Shown: positions 51,209-64,000 of the stretch, piece by piece
Numbering within the stretch: the stretch's first letter is position 1
Layout of the letters: every line of letters begins with the position of its first letter
NCBI GenBank assembly: GCA_964016885.1
Contig: OZ024741.1
Location: 60,202,001-60,266,000, forward strand
Source: Eledone cirrhosa
Lineage: Eukaryota
Length of the DNA stretch: 64,000 nt
Direction: 5' to 3'
The notes under the pieces: model-generated
What the model was told of the DNA's origin: nothing
The model's database searches: none
The model's input: only the letters and a program-made list of their open reading frames with translations
Position numbers and translations under genes: made by a program

Positions 51209-52999
51209 CCCTCTTCCTGCTATTTCAAGCGTTAACCAAATATATTCCTTCCATGTATACTGTACCGATTGTGTTGTTATTTTACATACATTTTACATTT
51301 TACATACATATATATATATAGAGAATTCACAAGAATCAAAGCTATGTTTATTCACTTACAATTGTTTCTTCCAAACTTGGGGTCTTCGGAGCAATTTTTA
51401 ATGTTTGTACATATAATTGACCTCCCAGTCAACGCAAGAGACATACAGATACACATCTATATTGACGTACAGTGTGGAGCGGCATATATTATAATATACT
51501 ATATTTGTATAGTAATTCAAATTAAAATCAAAATTAAAATTTAAAATACATGCGAGAGTTAACACAGATAATGCATGAGAGTAGTTCAATAATCAGATCT
51601 AGTATATAGTGTATGCGTTAGTTATACATGGGGCATGCAAATGTGTCTCATTTATATAAGAGTATTCTGTGGCAAGGTATTACATGTAATACAGGCACTT
51701 TAAGCGGGTAAGCAAGAGTATTATGGTGGCTGCAGTGGGGGGGGGGTATTTTTTGTACAGATCGAATTAGTATGTGTGCAGAAAAAGAAAGTTATAGTTT
51801 TCGCAGCCACCAGCATTTTCACATCCAGAAAGAGGAAGTTATAGTTTTCACATTCATCACATATGTTACGATGTATTCGTATTGAATGTTTGTTGTAGTA
51901 AAGGATTGTAACGTATTGAAGCTCAGTGATATATAATCCATATTTATATGCGAGAATTTACAGCGGTTTAATACCCGGAAGTCGGTATGTAATTAAGGGG
52001 AGCTAATGCGTAAGGGGAGGTAACTAGCTGATTCTCATAACTAAATTCACTGTTCCAACATACATTATATGGTGCCTCAATTGAGTTCCTTATATAAAGG
52101 GTTATATATTTATATTTAATTTCAAATACAATCTATTCTCCCATAATGTATTAAAGGTAACTATAGGAAGTTGTTTACTCCTTATTATATAGCGCTATAA
52201 TTGAATTTACCACCCAAATTGTTATATCTATATATCAAATTCACTTTAAAAACAGTCTGGTCTCAAAACATATTACAGGTCCAATTAGATTTTCGTCCAC
52301 CTAACCTTAGGTAAGCTATGGAGCAGCGTACGGTTGTTTGCATGATAAAATTAGATACATCTCTTGAGTAAACAAATGCATCCTCCATATACAATGTCAT
52401 TAATCTATCCATTAAGTTATAAATGCATATATAATTCATATATAATTCATTGTTCCATATTATACATAAGTTAATCAAATCTCTTATGTTAATAAATTAC
52501 TCATATATATACCCAATGTTATTACTCTATACATTTAATTATAAATGCATATACAATTCATTGTTGTATCTAATATTTAAAGTTTATATAAACTGTATTA
52601 TATTTCAATCCCTATATAATTATAAGTAATAAAAAGTAATTATATTAAAAGGTGGTGATTATATGGATATTTCTAAGGTATAAAGATATAGATAGAATGT
52701 TTTGTGTAGAGGAAAGGGTGGATCAGAGAGTGTGCTGTAGTGGTGGAAGACAAGCCCCTGAGGTGCAGTGTTAAAAGTGGTGATGAGTTCAAATCTGACA
52801 TTGTTATATACTAGGTTTAAAGTTTTGGAAAGAGTGTCGGAAGTGGTGTTGGCACACACATATATATATGTATGTGTGTGTGTGTGCGCGCGCGCACGCG
52901 TGTGCGTGTGTGTTTGTGTATTAATATACTACAGCCACCAGACACAATCGAGTATGACATTGTAGTATGTAACATAATTTCACTGTATTTTAGGTACTC

Positions 53000-55900
53000 A
53001 TTCAGTCAGGAGTCCACAACGACTCACTCTCGATACTCGTTTCCATGATGCAGTGTCAGCACGCCAGAGTAGACGGTGTACAGAGTGGGTAAAGGTATGT
53101 CGCCTTGCTTAATACTGTTGACCACTGAAATTGGCTCTGAAAGTGTCCCATTGAATTCACTTTAGCCTTCATATTTTTAGAATATTCCAACAAATTCAGT
53201 AACGAAGGCTTTTGTAAGATCCACAAATACTTGGTAGAGTGGTACTCGCAGCTCACTCTACTCCATAAGCTGGTGAGCTGAGAAAATCAGATCATAGTAC
53301 CCCACCCGGCTCTGAATCCATACGGGGTCTCAGATATGGCAACAGGGCAGATACATTTTATGGGACGATTTAGCAGAACCTTGGATATGACTTTTCCTCT
53401 CGATTCGAGCAAACTTATACAACGACAGTCATCACATTCAGACTTGAATCTGCTACTCTTGTAAAACGACAGAAAAATAATTGCATCTACCTAGTCTTGT
53501 GGGATATGTTCATCACGGTTTACAAATAAAATTAGTCCACAAATGGCCATAACAACATGGTCTCCTGAAAGGCGGATAAACTCTACAGGCATTCCATCCA
53601 AACCTGGAGCTTTACCTATGTTTATCTCTTTGATAGTAGATCTTATCTCGTCAATGTTTAGATCATTCATGATCTCTATCACGGTTTCCTTTTGCAGCAG
53701 TTCATTAATAATTTTCTTATCAACAACAGATGGGTTATCAAACAGATTTCTAAAGTATTCTGTCAATCAACTCATGATTTCCGCTGTATCTATCATGAGG
53801 ACGTTCCAATATTTTGATTTTAATAGTGCGGCCTTTAGGCTTTTAGAAAAGTCCTGCCTTATTGTGCTGTATAATGCTTTCACGTATCTGCAGTTATAAG
53901 CTCTCTGCATCTCTGATGAAACTTCAGACAACCAGTTATTTTTCATGTTTCGAGTTTTGAGATTGCTTATTTGAAGGCATTCGCCAAAATGTTCCTCACT
54001 GGATCCTCTGCAACACTGTAAACCTCTCTTTTAAACTGTTCCCAAGTGTCATCAAAGCGAGGCAATATGAAGAGCCTCGCGTACCTTTAAACTTTATAGT
54101 TTGGATACATCTACACGTTTGACACTTGTACTCCTGTTGCCCTCACCTTTCCTCTGATCTGCACTTTCATCTTACTACGCACAAGTTTGTAATCCCTACC
54201 CCATTCTGCATTACGCATTACTCTTACAGAGCAGATATCCAATTAGTCCCTCTTCCTAGTGATGGTATATTCTAAGATGTCCGTGTTTGGAACTCGAGTA
54301 TATCCATGTTGCGTTGTGGATCTCCTTTTGTTGAAAAAATGTATTGCACATGACCAACTCAAACGCAGTGCATAATTGCAAAAAGAGAAAACCATTGCTA
54401 TTCATCTTGCCCATGCCATGTCCTAAAACACTCCAGATGTAGTCGTTCTTTCTCACACGTGCATTGAAATCTTCAAGAAGCAAAATCTTGTCCAAATGTG
54501 AAATTGATGTGATACACCCTCATATATCTTGGCAAAGAGACATGATTGATTCCTGGTTACTATCCAGGTTAAGGACATAACTGAAATAACAGTCATGAAA
54601 CGTTCCCTTGAAAGAGAAATCCCCTGGTGCGTAATTCAATAACCAGACCCTTGTGGTTGCTCCAGTCGCTTTGTGATCTCCGTCCAGTCAGCGAAACCTA
54701 CTCTTACATTCCGTTTTTCTTCATTTGGTTTTCCTTTTCAGAACTTATAGCCAGCACCCTTCTCTGATAGATGACCTTCAACATGAAGACGGGTTTCAGA
54801 GAGTGCAGCTATATCGATATTATACCTGTTTAATTCTCTGCCAACAATAGCAGTTTTGTGTATTGGATTTGTGGATGATTCCCAGTCAAGAAATATTCTA
54901 ACATTCCATGTGGCAACATTCAATGTAAATCTATTCTTTTCAATGTTTTTCGGAAATTTACTACACTTCTGGGTTTTTCCTGCCGGTATGAACAGATGTC
55001 AGCCGCAGGTACCTGACCAGCTTGATGGTGGAACAGAAAATGTTTGGGTCACCTATTTTTAGACCTTTCCCAAGATTTGGGTAAGTAAGCCATGTTCTCC
55101 TTTGAAAGGGGTCCTCAGTTATAAAAGACTCCGCCCAAGCCAGTTCCTATTCCGAAAACTGGCAACGAAGTTAAGTAAGCTTCAAGCCGTGTAAATTCGC
55201 AACTCTATACCTCCAATTCGTTAGGTGTGTATATGTCACTGCTTCCACATCGTCGCTGGACTTTGAAGAGATGTCTGCACAGGGAGGTCAAAACAGCATG
55301 TACTTATACGATCCATATGCTGTTTTCTAAGTACCAACAACCAGAATCCAATGACTAGCAGATGCTAGATGATTAGTAGCTCTATCAACCGCAGGATTAT
55401 CCAGAGTGTTCTCACAGGAAAAAAAAGATTATTTTTAGCTGCAACAACCGCAGGTTTCTCCAAATAAATGCATAACTAAGAAAAAATGAAATATAAAAGA
55501 AATATTTAAAAGTTTAAAAGTTAAAAAATATACATATTTACAGACCCATACTATATATACATATCTACACGCTATTGGTTGGCTGAGGACTCTCAAGTAT
55601 TCCAACGCCCGTAACGGGTTTTGTTTTTCATCCCACAATGTATCCCAAAATGCCTCTCCTCACTAAGCAAGCTTGGTGGAATTGCTGGGTAACAGAGAAT
55701 GGTGCACCTTTAGTCTACAGCCAACCACACGAACCTATAACAACTCCTGAACAAGCAATGCCTGTGCTTTGATGGGTTTTTTAAGTGGGGAAAGGACTTG
55801 CACTCGACCAATTCCATTCTCTCATCATCGAAAACACTACCTGAAAAGGAGAACTGGTAAACATCATCGGATGTTTCCGAAGCCGCGGGGTTTTTTTCCA
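53000..55900 (-). mobile_element. Degenerate RTE LINE (5' UTR, APE, N-terminal RT)
   Basis: NVATWNVR, AALSETRL, DFNARV, GKAPGLDG in ORFs 54738-54923, 54256-54495, 53491-53766; 55755-55890 is the reverse complement of the RTE 5' UTR motif gcacaggcattgc. Left boundary approximate. Confidence 0.85.
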
Positions 55901-56554
55901 TACATACATACAAACATACATACAAACATACATACAAACATACATACAAACATAAACCACAGGATCATACATACATGATTATCACTGCCATAGCTCCGCC
56001 ATCCCAAAATTAATTTAATGCATGTAAGAACTATGGAGTATTATTAAAATTTTAGACATTTTTTCTGTGTGTGTAAGTATTTGTGTTTTTGGTGTTTGAT
56101 AATTCGAGCAATTTGGCAAGCCATTAAACCTAACAAACAATACACAACAAATATATTCCTGCCATATATAATTAAGGATATCCGCATCTCGCAATGAGGA
56201 GGGGGTGCAACGGCCGTTTTCAACTCTTCGTAGAAGAAAATTAAATCTTTTTATTATCACTTCTATAACTTTGTGAAATAAAACAAAGGACCAGGAAATT
56301 AAAAGACCATTCTGACAATTTTCTATTTTCGCACAAAATATTTTCTTCAGCAAAGATTACTAACAATGAAACGCCTAAATTTTGACACGTTCACCTTATG
56401 ATCAACATTGAAATATGTCTCTTTTATAGTAAGCAGATATTTTATGGCGATTATTTAATTAAAAATTTTCATTAATACGATTTCAAATATTTTCAACTCG
56501 ATTATGCACACACGCACACGCGTGGGCCCACATACATACATAAATATATGTATG

Positions 56555-56630
<76 letters not shown>

Positions 56631-56767
56631 TACTGTAATATATGTACATTTATATATGCATGCACATATTAAATAGATATACACATGCAGGCACATAGAG
56701 ATGCGTGTGTATACAAAAATGTATATATACATATATATAATAAGAATATATATATTTATATATGTTT

Positions 56768-57054
56768 TATACAACTATAAATATGGAGGGTAGTACTAAG
56801 TACTAGCCGGTTACCGGTATGACAAAAGGCTCAATGCAATTTTTCAAGTGTTTTACATAGCTGAGATACAAAGTGTTAAAACTATCTAAATTAGTTTAGA
56901 ACATTTATTTGCTGACAATTGTTTCTTCCAGAGGGAAGTCTGGATTTCATCGGAGCATAGGGAATGTCGAAACATGTAACTAAAATCCTAGTCATTTAGA
57001 ACATTTAGGTAACCGGCTAGTACTTAGTACTACCCTCCATATTTATAATTGTAT
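56768..57054. repeat. Fold-back repeat upstream of the Naiad-type PLE
   Basis: 56768-56815 is the reverse complement of 57008-57054; internal 56866-57009 is the reverse complement of 61127-61270. Confidence 0.88.
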
Positions 57055-57129
57055 CAAACATATATAAATATAAATATTCTTATTACTAATTCTGCTCCTT
57101 CTAGTAGAGTTGACATATATAGAATTACC

Positions 57130-59608
57130 GGTATGTTGATCAAAGACTATCTTCCTTTGTCTCTAAAGAACATGCCTATCCCATCTAGGGGTACATATGA
57201 AAAACTACTGATTAATAGTGTCAACTCTTTTATTAAAAGAGTTAGATGGAGGACTTTCCACTATGATAGGAATCGCGCCGTGAAAGAACAAAATTCACCT
57301 TCGTTTGAAACATACGGATTCAAAACATATAAAAGCCCTCCGCAAAATATCTTACTGGACTCATTTGTCACTTGTTAAAAGGATTAAGTACAGGAAATAC
57401 TACAATAGGAATAACAACTTCCTAAATAACCTAAATTCCACCATAAAAAACTTTAATAAGAATAGGAATATCTTAGTACTAGCTGATAAAACTAAAAATA
57501 TATATAGCCTAGATTACGATACATATAAAGAATTTATATATATAAAGAACTTTATAGGAACTACAAAAATACATCTCATAAAAACCTGGATGACAATATT
57601 GAAGCCCGTATTTTAATGTGTAAATTAGGACTAAAGAGATATACTCAACCGTACACCCCTAATCCCCCACGATTCTCTCTGAAAGACCACAAGGAGGACT
57701 TCAATTCTAACCCCTCAATTAGACTTACTTGCCCATCCAGATCCGATATTGGTATTATTAGTAAAACATTTTTAGATAAAGTAATCCTCCAAATTAAACA
57801 AAAAAATCACTTTAACCTCTGGGGAAACACTAGTGAAGTAATCGAATGGTTTAATGGTATTAATGAAAATAATAATAAGAAATTCATCCAATTCGATATA
57901 AACTCCTACTACATCTCTATTTCACCTATCCTCCTAAATAAAGCATTAATAATGGCCATGAACAATAGTGAACTCATTAGATCCCAGGTAGATATAATCC
58001 TTGCGGCCAAGAAAACAATAATTAAATTTGAAGACCAACTATGGGCCCGCAAGAATACACCCAACAACTTTGATATCACCATAATATCTAGTGACTCGGC
58101 ATAGGTAACCGACTTAGTTGGTCTATTTCTCTTAAACAAAATACATAAGAACCTGACTTACCTTAAAGGATGCCTCTACCGAGACGACGCACTTTTCCTC
58201 TTAGACTTTAAAAAATTCAATATAGAAAGAACCAGAAAACAATTACATAAAATATTTAAAAACTACAACTTTGGTATCACTTTAGATAAAATCACAAAAA
58301 AATGTTAACTTCCTGGACGTCACTCTCTACTTAGACTCTAAAAAATAGACACCTTATCATAAACCTAATGAAAAACTTTTCTATGTTAATACCAACTCTA
58401 ACCACCCTAAATCTGTATTGACCTCAATCATTAAAGGGGTATCTAATAGAATCTCTAGTCATTCTTACAACGAGAATACATTTAATCGTAACTCCCAATA
58501 CTATGATGAAGCCTTAGCCCGTTCGCCACAGAGATAAAATTAAATTTAAACCTAAATCGTCAACCACCCATAGACAACCTAATATAATTTCACACAACAT
58601 GGCCATGAATAAAATTAAATATGATCATAGTATTGGAAAACCCCGACCCCTGTACAGAGGGCATCAAAAAAGTTAAATCACACCACAGCAATAATCCTAA
58701 GAAAAACCACAGAAAGAAAAATAGAGATAAGAAGGAACCTAACACCACACTAAACAGTAGTATGAATAACAACCATAAGAAGAATAGAAGTAACACATGT
58801 TTTAATCCTCCGTTCAACTTAAATGTATCAACAAACATACCTAAAGCTTTCTTCTCTACTCTAGAAAAAACTTCCCAACTAACCATAAATACCACAACCT
58901 ATTTAACAAAAATACAATTAAAATCTCCTACTCCACCACCCCTGACATAGCAGACCATATAGCCAGCACCAACAAGAGAAAGATTAAGAAGTACTTCAAA
59001 TTACACAAAGTAATAATGTCCAGCATAGAAATAACCTGAACAATAACACAGTACCCGGACCATACAGCAAGTCACACTAATAATACCAATAATAATAATA
59101 CTTACCATAATCATAATACTAGAAGTAGAAACAGAAACAACCACTCAAATACATACCCCTTAACCAGTATACTAGTTACCAAAACAATTGACCTAAAAAG
59201 ACATGCCCATTAAATAAGAACTGCCTTATTAAAGACATTATCTACTCCAGTACTGTAACCGCTAATCACATCTCGAAAGTATATATAGGCTCAACATCGA
59301 ATAGCTTTAAGACCAAATATAATTCACACCTTCATTCGTTCAGAATCCCTAAACTTAGAAACGTACCCTCACTATCCACATACATACACTCATTAAAATC
59401 AAGTAATATACCATACACCTTAAAATGGGAAGTGATAGCTAAGGCCCCTTCATATAGACTACCTAACAAATTTTGTAACCTTTGCATCCTCGAGTCTAAA
59501 AGTATTATTCACTCTAACCTTAGCCTGCTAAATAGGAAATCAGACATCTTCTCCACGTGTCCACATTACCATAGATTCTCGTTCGAGTACTTCAAACCTA
59601 GTAACTAA
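57130..59608 (+). mobile_element. Penelope-like element, Naiad-type, degenerate
   Basis: N-terminal SLKNMPIPS..FIKRVRWR..YGFKT, LADKTKNIY, SLKDHKEDF, IQFDINSYY, LYRDD, FNPPFN, then CPLNKNCL..IIY..VYIGSTSNSFK..CNLC..LNRKSDIFSTCPH ending TAA at 59606-59608; many stops and frameshifts. Confidence 0.88.
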
Positions 59609-59800
59609 TATTAATAATAATAAAAATAAAAATAAAGACCAATGTCGGAGATAACAATAGACCACCACCTTTTAATTTATCCAATTAGACATTTACGAAT
59701 ATAGGACTACACCTTAATTAAAAGACCACACTAACCTACATAGAGTCAATAAACCCCTTGTTTGATCTCTTACCTTATACAATTAAAATATTTAAATAAT

Positions 59801-59985
59801 TGTTTCTACTTTAGGCACAAGGCCAGCAATTACCCAGTTCATTACTGGTACTTTATTTTATCGACCCCGTAAGGATGAAAGGCAAAGTCAACCTCGGCGG
59901 GATTTGAACTCAGATCGTAAAGGGACGTAACTATGCTGGAAAGCATGGCGTCCGACCCTCTACCGATACTGCAAATCCACCGCCC
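59801..59985 (-). mobile_element. SINE family A, full length, 18 bp TSD
   Basis: TSD ttaaaatatttaaataat at 59783-59800 and 59986-60003. Confidence 0.93.
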
Positions 59986-60137
59986 TTAAAATATTTAAAT
60001 AATATAGACACGCTAATAAACACTCAATATACAACACCAACTAAATAGCAGACAACTGTGTTTATAACACCAATTACTCCAGCATATATTATGCAACTCA
60101 CTATCCTGTCATAAAAACTTCAACTCTCTCTACACAA

Positions 60138-60207
<70 letters not shown>

Positions 60208-61126
60208 AATATACTTTCTCACATATATATATATACCTTATATTATATATACATATACTAACTATGTAAAAACTACCTAGTTATAATAAAATAATTAAAA
60301 AATGTTTTTAACTCCCTCCACACAAATTTAAAAGATACCAATTATATAACCAATAATATTATATATACTCTATAAAGATTAATTTATAACACTAATACAA
60401 TATTAAAACAACCCTTAATTTATCAACAACTTTAATTACCTCCCTTTGTTATTAACCCCCTTTACAACTTCCTGTGTAAACACATAAAATTAAGCAACCT
60501 AATGGTTTACCAACAGCTTAATAACGGTTAATACAAACCCTAGAAAAGATAATTTGTAGATAAAAAATGCATAAGATAACATACCTACAATAACAACATG
60601 GCCAGTAATTCGTTGGAATTTACATTTAACAAATAAACACCTATTGACTATAAACGACTCAAAATAATCCCATGGTTAATCGCTGTGAGTTACAAACAAC
60701 ATATACACATACATACGAACTACAACACAAAAACACTTGAATGAAAATCACATATCCAAATCTATCACGTGCTTTGCATTACACCTTACATAACAAATAC
60801 TTGCATTATCACCACATGCCTATCTAACACTATCTGAAACATTTATAACAATTATAACATGATTTAACACCCCACACAAAATATGTTTATTTCAACTGCA
60901 TTATAACTCTTTCCTCATACATGCCTTATTGACTGTATTGACTTCTGCATTGTACACCAATTTTCCTTGCTTGTAACTTTTTGCCTGTATATTTTTGCTT
61001 GTGCTTTTCGCTTATACATCTCAAACTTTCAACCAGTGCTGCCTGTAATTGTGTTCTTTCAAGCAGAATATCTTTTAACTCCTGATTCTCCACATGATGC
61101 CTTTGACATTAAATACAATTATGTGC

Positions 61127-61270
61127 CCTAAATGTTCTAAACGACTAGGATTTTAGTTACATGTTTCGACATTCCCTATGCTCCGATCATTCCAGACTTC
61201 CCTCTGGAAGAAACAATTGTCAGCAAATAAATGTTCTAAACTAAAATTTGATCGTTTTAACACTTTGTAT
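61127..61270 (-). repeat. Inverted copy of 56866-57009
   Basis: cctaaatgttctaaa..gtttcgacattccctatgctccgat..ttttaacactttgtat. Confidence 0.88.
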
Positions 61271-61283
61271 ATACATATATGTA

Positions 61284-61341
<58 letters not shown>

Positions 61342-61537
61342 TATATATATACAGACACACCTATATATAAAGACATATATATGCATAAATATATAGACAT
61401 GTATACAAATATATACATATATTCATACATACATACATAAATAGATGCATGCATACATACATACATACATACATACATACATACATACATACATACATAC
61501 ATACATACATACATACATACATACATACATACATGAT

Positions 61538-62040
61538 ATGATGGCTGCAACTCGATTTCGAGTAATGCCATGGGTTGATCTTTAAGCTTAAGAATCACGG
61601 ACGTGGATTTTTAGTCCGGCTAGGGACTTGCCTATGGCCAGCAATGACATGCATCTCAAACAATATCACATCAAGTGATGCCTGTGCTTGAAGCTTTTTT
61701 AAGTGAGGAAAGGCTTTGCACAGTGCCAATCCCATTCTCTGAATGTCGAATGCATTTGCCCCAAAGAAACCAGTTTACATCATTGGATGCAAACGAAGTC
61801 GAAGGGTAAAGTCGAAAGTAATCAGAGTGACCTTCTCCTAGAGAGACGTGTTAATGAAGATAAGGCGCCTCCCGCTCCACAAAAGAAACTTTATTGGATG
61901 GCCGTTGATTCTCCTGAGTTCCTGCACCCTTTGATGGGTTTTGATTTTCATCCTGCAGTGTGTCCCAATTCAAATTTCTCAACAAGCAATCTTAATGGGG
62001 TTCCCGGTTTAATCACCGAAAACCTGACACTGCACACGTT
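61538..62040 (-). mobile_element. Diverged bipartite RTE derivative, copy E
   Basis: gatggctgcaactcgatttcgagtaatgcca, atgcctgtgc, ccttctcctag and ttggatggccgttga are reverse complements of family motifs; (CATA)n adjacent. Confidence 0.7.
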
Positions 62041-62144
62041 GTACTGGATTATTGAAGAGCGACCTGATATGAACATACATACATACATATATACATACAT
62101 ACTTGAACATACATATATACTTACATACATACATACCTCTGCAT

Positions 62145-63595
62145 GTGTGTAGCTCGAATATGATTTTTAGGCCAGCAAGAACCCTACATTTTCTGGCACT
62201 GATGTTACAGCTATGGACTTTGGCATCAGGAATCGGCAGCTGGTTTCCATATACTTTCATGTTTCCATATACTTTCATCCACTTCAAGCCTCCTGCAAAA
62301 GCAGCAGACCTTACCTCAATGATGGCAGATTGTCATACCATACGCACCACTGTAATATACACCAGCCATTTTTGTATGGCTCCTTTTGTGACCCATTAAT
62401 CCATCTTTGCTGAAGTAGAATTTCCTACGCTCGTTGAATGTCAGATCTCGGATCACCCTCACTTCCTGGCGGTTCAACATGCCAGCCCTTCTTCACATAC
62501 CTATTAACCTTTCATAATTTCTTCGGGACGTTTCGAAATGTACTTTCTCTTCACATAGAGCTTCCCTCCATCGAGTTCGATCATTAGCAGCTTATTCCTA
62601 CCCTCTATCGGAGATGCCAGCTTTCCACAAAATGTTTTGACACAGTCCACGAACATCATCTTAGGTTTATGAGGTAGACGTTTGCCTTTTCTATGCTCAC
62701 CAGAAAGGAGTTGTTTGGGTAAATTAGAGTCCTCCATTATCACCAGATGACCTACCAATCGGAGACAGAGTTGCAAGGCAATCGACTCAATACGCTAAAA
62801 GTGACTTCTTTCAAATACCTCAAAATCACTCACATACATACTCGAGTGTAGACCAAAGATTCGACAAAGGCATTGCTGATGAAAGTGCTCTAGCTGTTTT
62901 AGATACGACCCGTAATTAACCCACGTCAAACAAGCTTACAGTGGAGATGATAATACACAAATCATGTAGAACTTAACTCTTTAGTATCACTGGAGATATT
63001 CCGCTGAAACCATAGTCACCTTTGTAACTTTCTGAAGGCATCACTAGCTTTGCTGATTCTTGAGGATATTTCATTGTTAACAGTGTATGGTATACTTAAT
63101 GTACTGCCAAGATAAACAAACTTCTCCACCACCCGGAGATTCTGATCAAACACTCTTATGTCTAGTTCTACGTATGGTGTTCCTGGTGAAGGCTGGTACA
63201 TGGCCATAATCGTTTTAAGTTGATTGATAAAGCAATTGTAAACAACGCATAGTTCATTAGGTGCTGCATATCTTCCCGCGTACGAACTAAATTATCGCAG
63301 TTATCTGCGTATGGAAATTCTCCAAACAGTAAGCACATGACCTTCGTATTGGCACCAAAGCGTCTTATTTTGAAAGGTTTCCCAGATGTATGACGTCTGA
63401 TGTATTTTCTATGTTGACAGTCTTGAAATACCATTAAAAATACCACTGGAAATAACTGGAACAGTGTTGGTGCTATTATGTTTCCCTGTTTGACACATTT
63501 TTACAGGAATAGATTCTGACACACTTCCACCAGACTTTCATGTCATCATGAACTTGATGCAAGATTTCCAAGAATTTTCCGGGCAACCAATATTT
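62145..63595 (-). mobile_element. Degenerate RTE LINE 3' fragment
   Basis: YADNC, FVYLGST, RISKASDAF, LRLVGHL..LPKQLLSGE, and a decayed C2H2 finger (CNISARKCRVLAGLK), collinear with 39560-41030. Confidence 0.85.
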
Positions 63596-64000
63596 CTTTT
63601 TTCATAACATTGAAGTGAACTATAATTTATACTCATAGCTCAAGGTAAAATTGAGATATTATTAGAATATATAAGTTACCCAAGTATTGTGCAATATAGA
63701 TATATTCTTAGAACTCAGTCTGTTTCGACGTCACGTGTCCCTTTTATTTAATCTACAGAGCAGCCTGCTCGTGGCGTGAGGGAGACGGTTCTTGCTGCGG
63801 TTACGAAGGTTGTTCTCGGCAATACCTTCAATATATTGTTCACCATAGGAAGCAGCCAACACGGAAAGGATGCAGATATTGTCTCGCCACATTTTATATT
63901 CATTTATCTATTCATTCCCCTTTTATATTATCTCTGATTATTTGTATATATATATATCTTCGATGAAGCTGGTTTGCCGAATCTTGCAGTGAAGACATGT

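Noticed and set aside
56910-56980. Hammerhead in the Naiad-flanking repeat
   Set aside because: Core reads CTGACAA rather than CTGANGA and stem II cannot be closed properly.

Overview
AT-rich eukaryotic (animal) repeat-dominated DNA. No host protein-coding gene could be supported. The short SINEs resemble families I recall from octopus genomes, so an octopod cephalopod is likely (inference, not searched). The window is a patchwork of decayed and near-intact retroelements separated by (TA)n, (TG)n, (TATG)n and (AAT)n microsatellites: two Penelope-like elements (one Naiad-type), three Tx1/L1-clade copies, several R4/Dong-type RLE LINEs, three RTE LINEs with C2H2 fingers plus five short bipartite RTE derivatives, a CR1-group fragment, a mariner fragment and at least three tRNA-SINE families. 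Most interesting: (1) a ~13 kb train of six retroelements each punctuated by (AAT)n with family-specific orientation; (2) a tRNA-SINE whose 3' end matches that of the Tx1 LINE, suggesting a SINE/Tx1 partnership; (3) two Tx1 copies with near-identical ORF2 but very different ORF1; (4) several non-coding fold-back repeats with hammerhead ribozyme motifs, one with a branched stem II and one fused to a tRNA-like cloverleaf; (5) bipartite RTE derivatives keeping one zinc finger, one with a twin-priming-type inversion. Most short ORFs in the track are microsatellite or antisense artefacts. All alignments and folds were done by eye.
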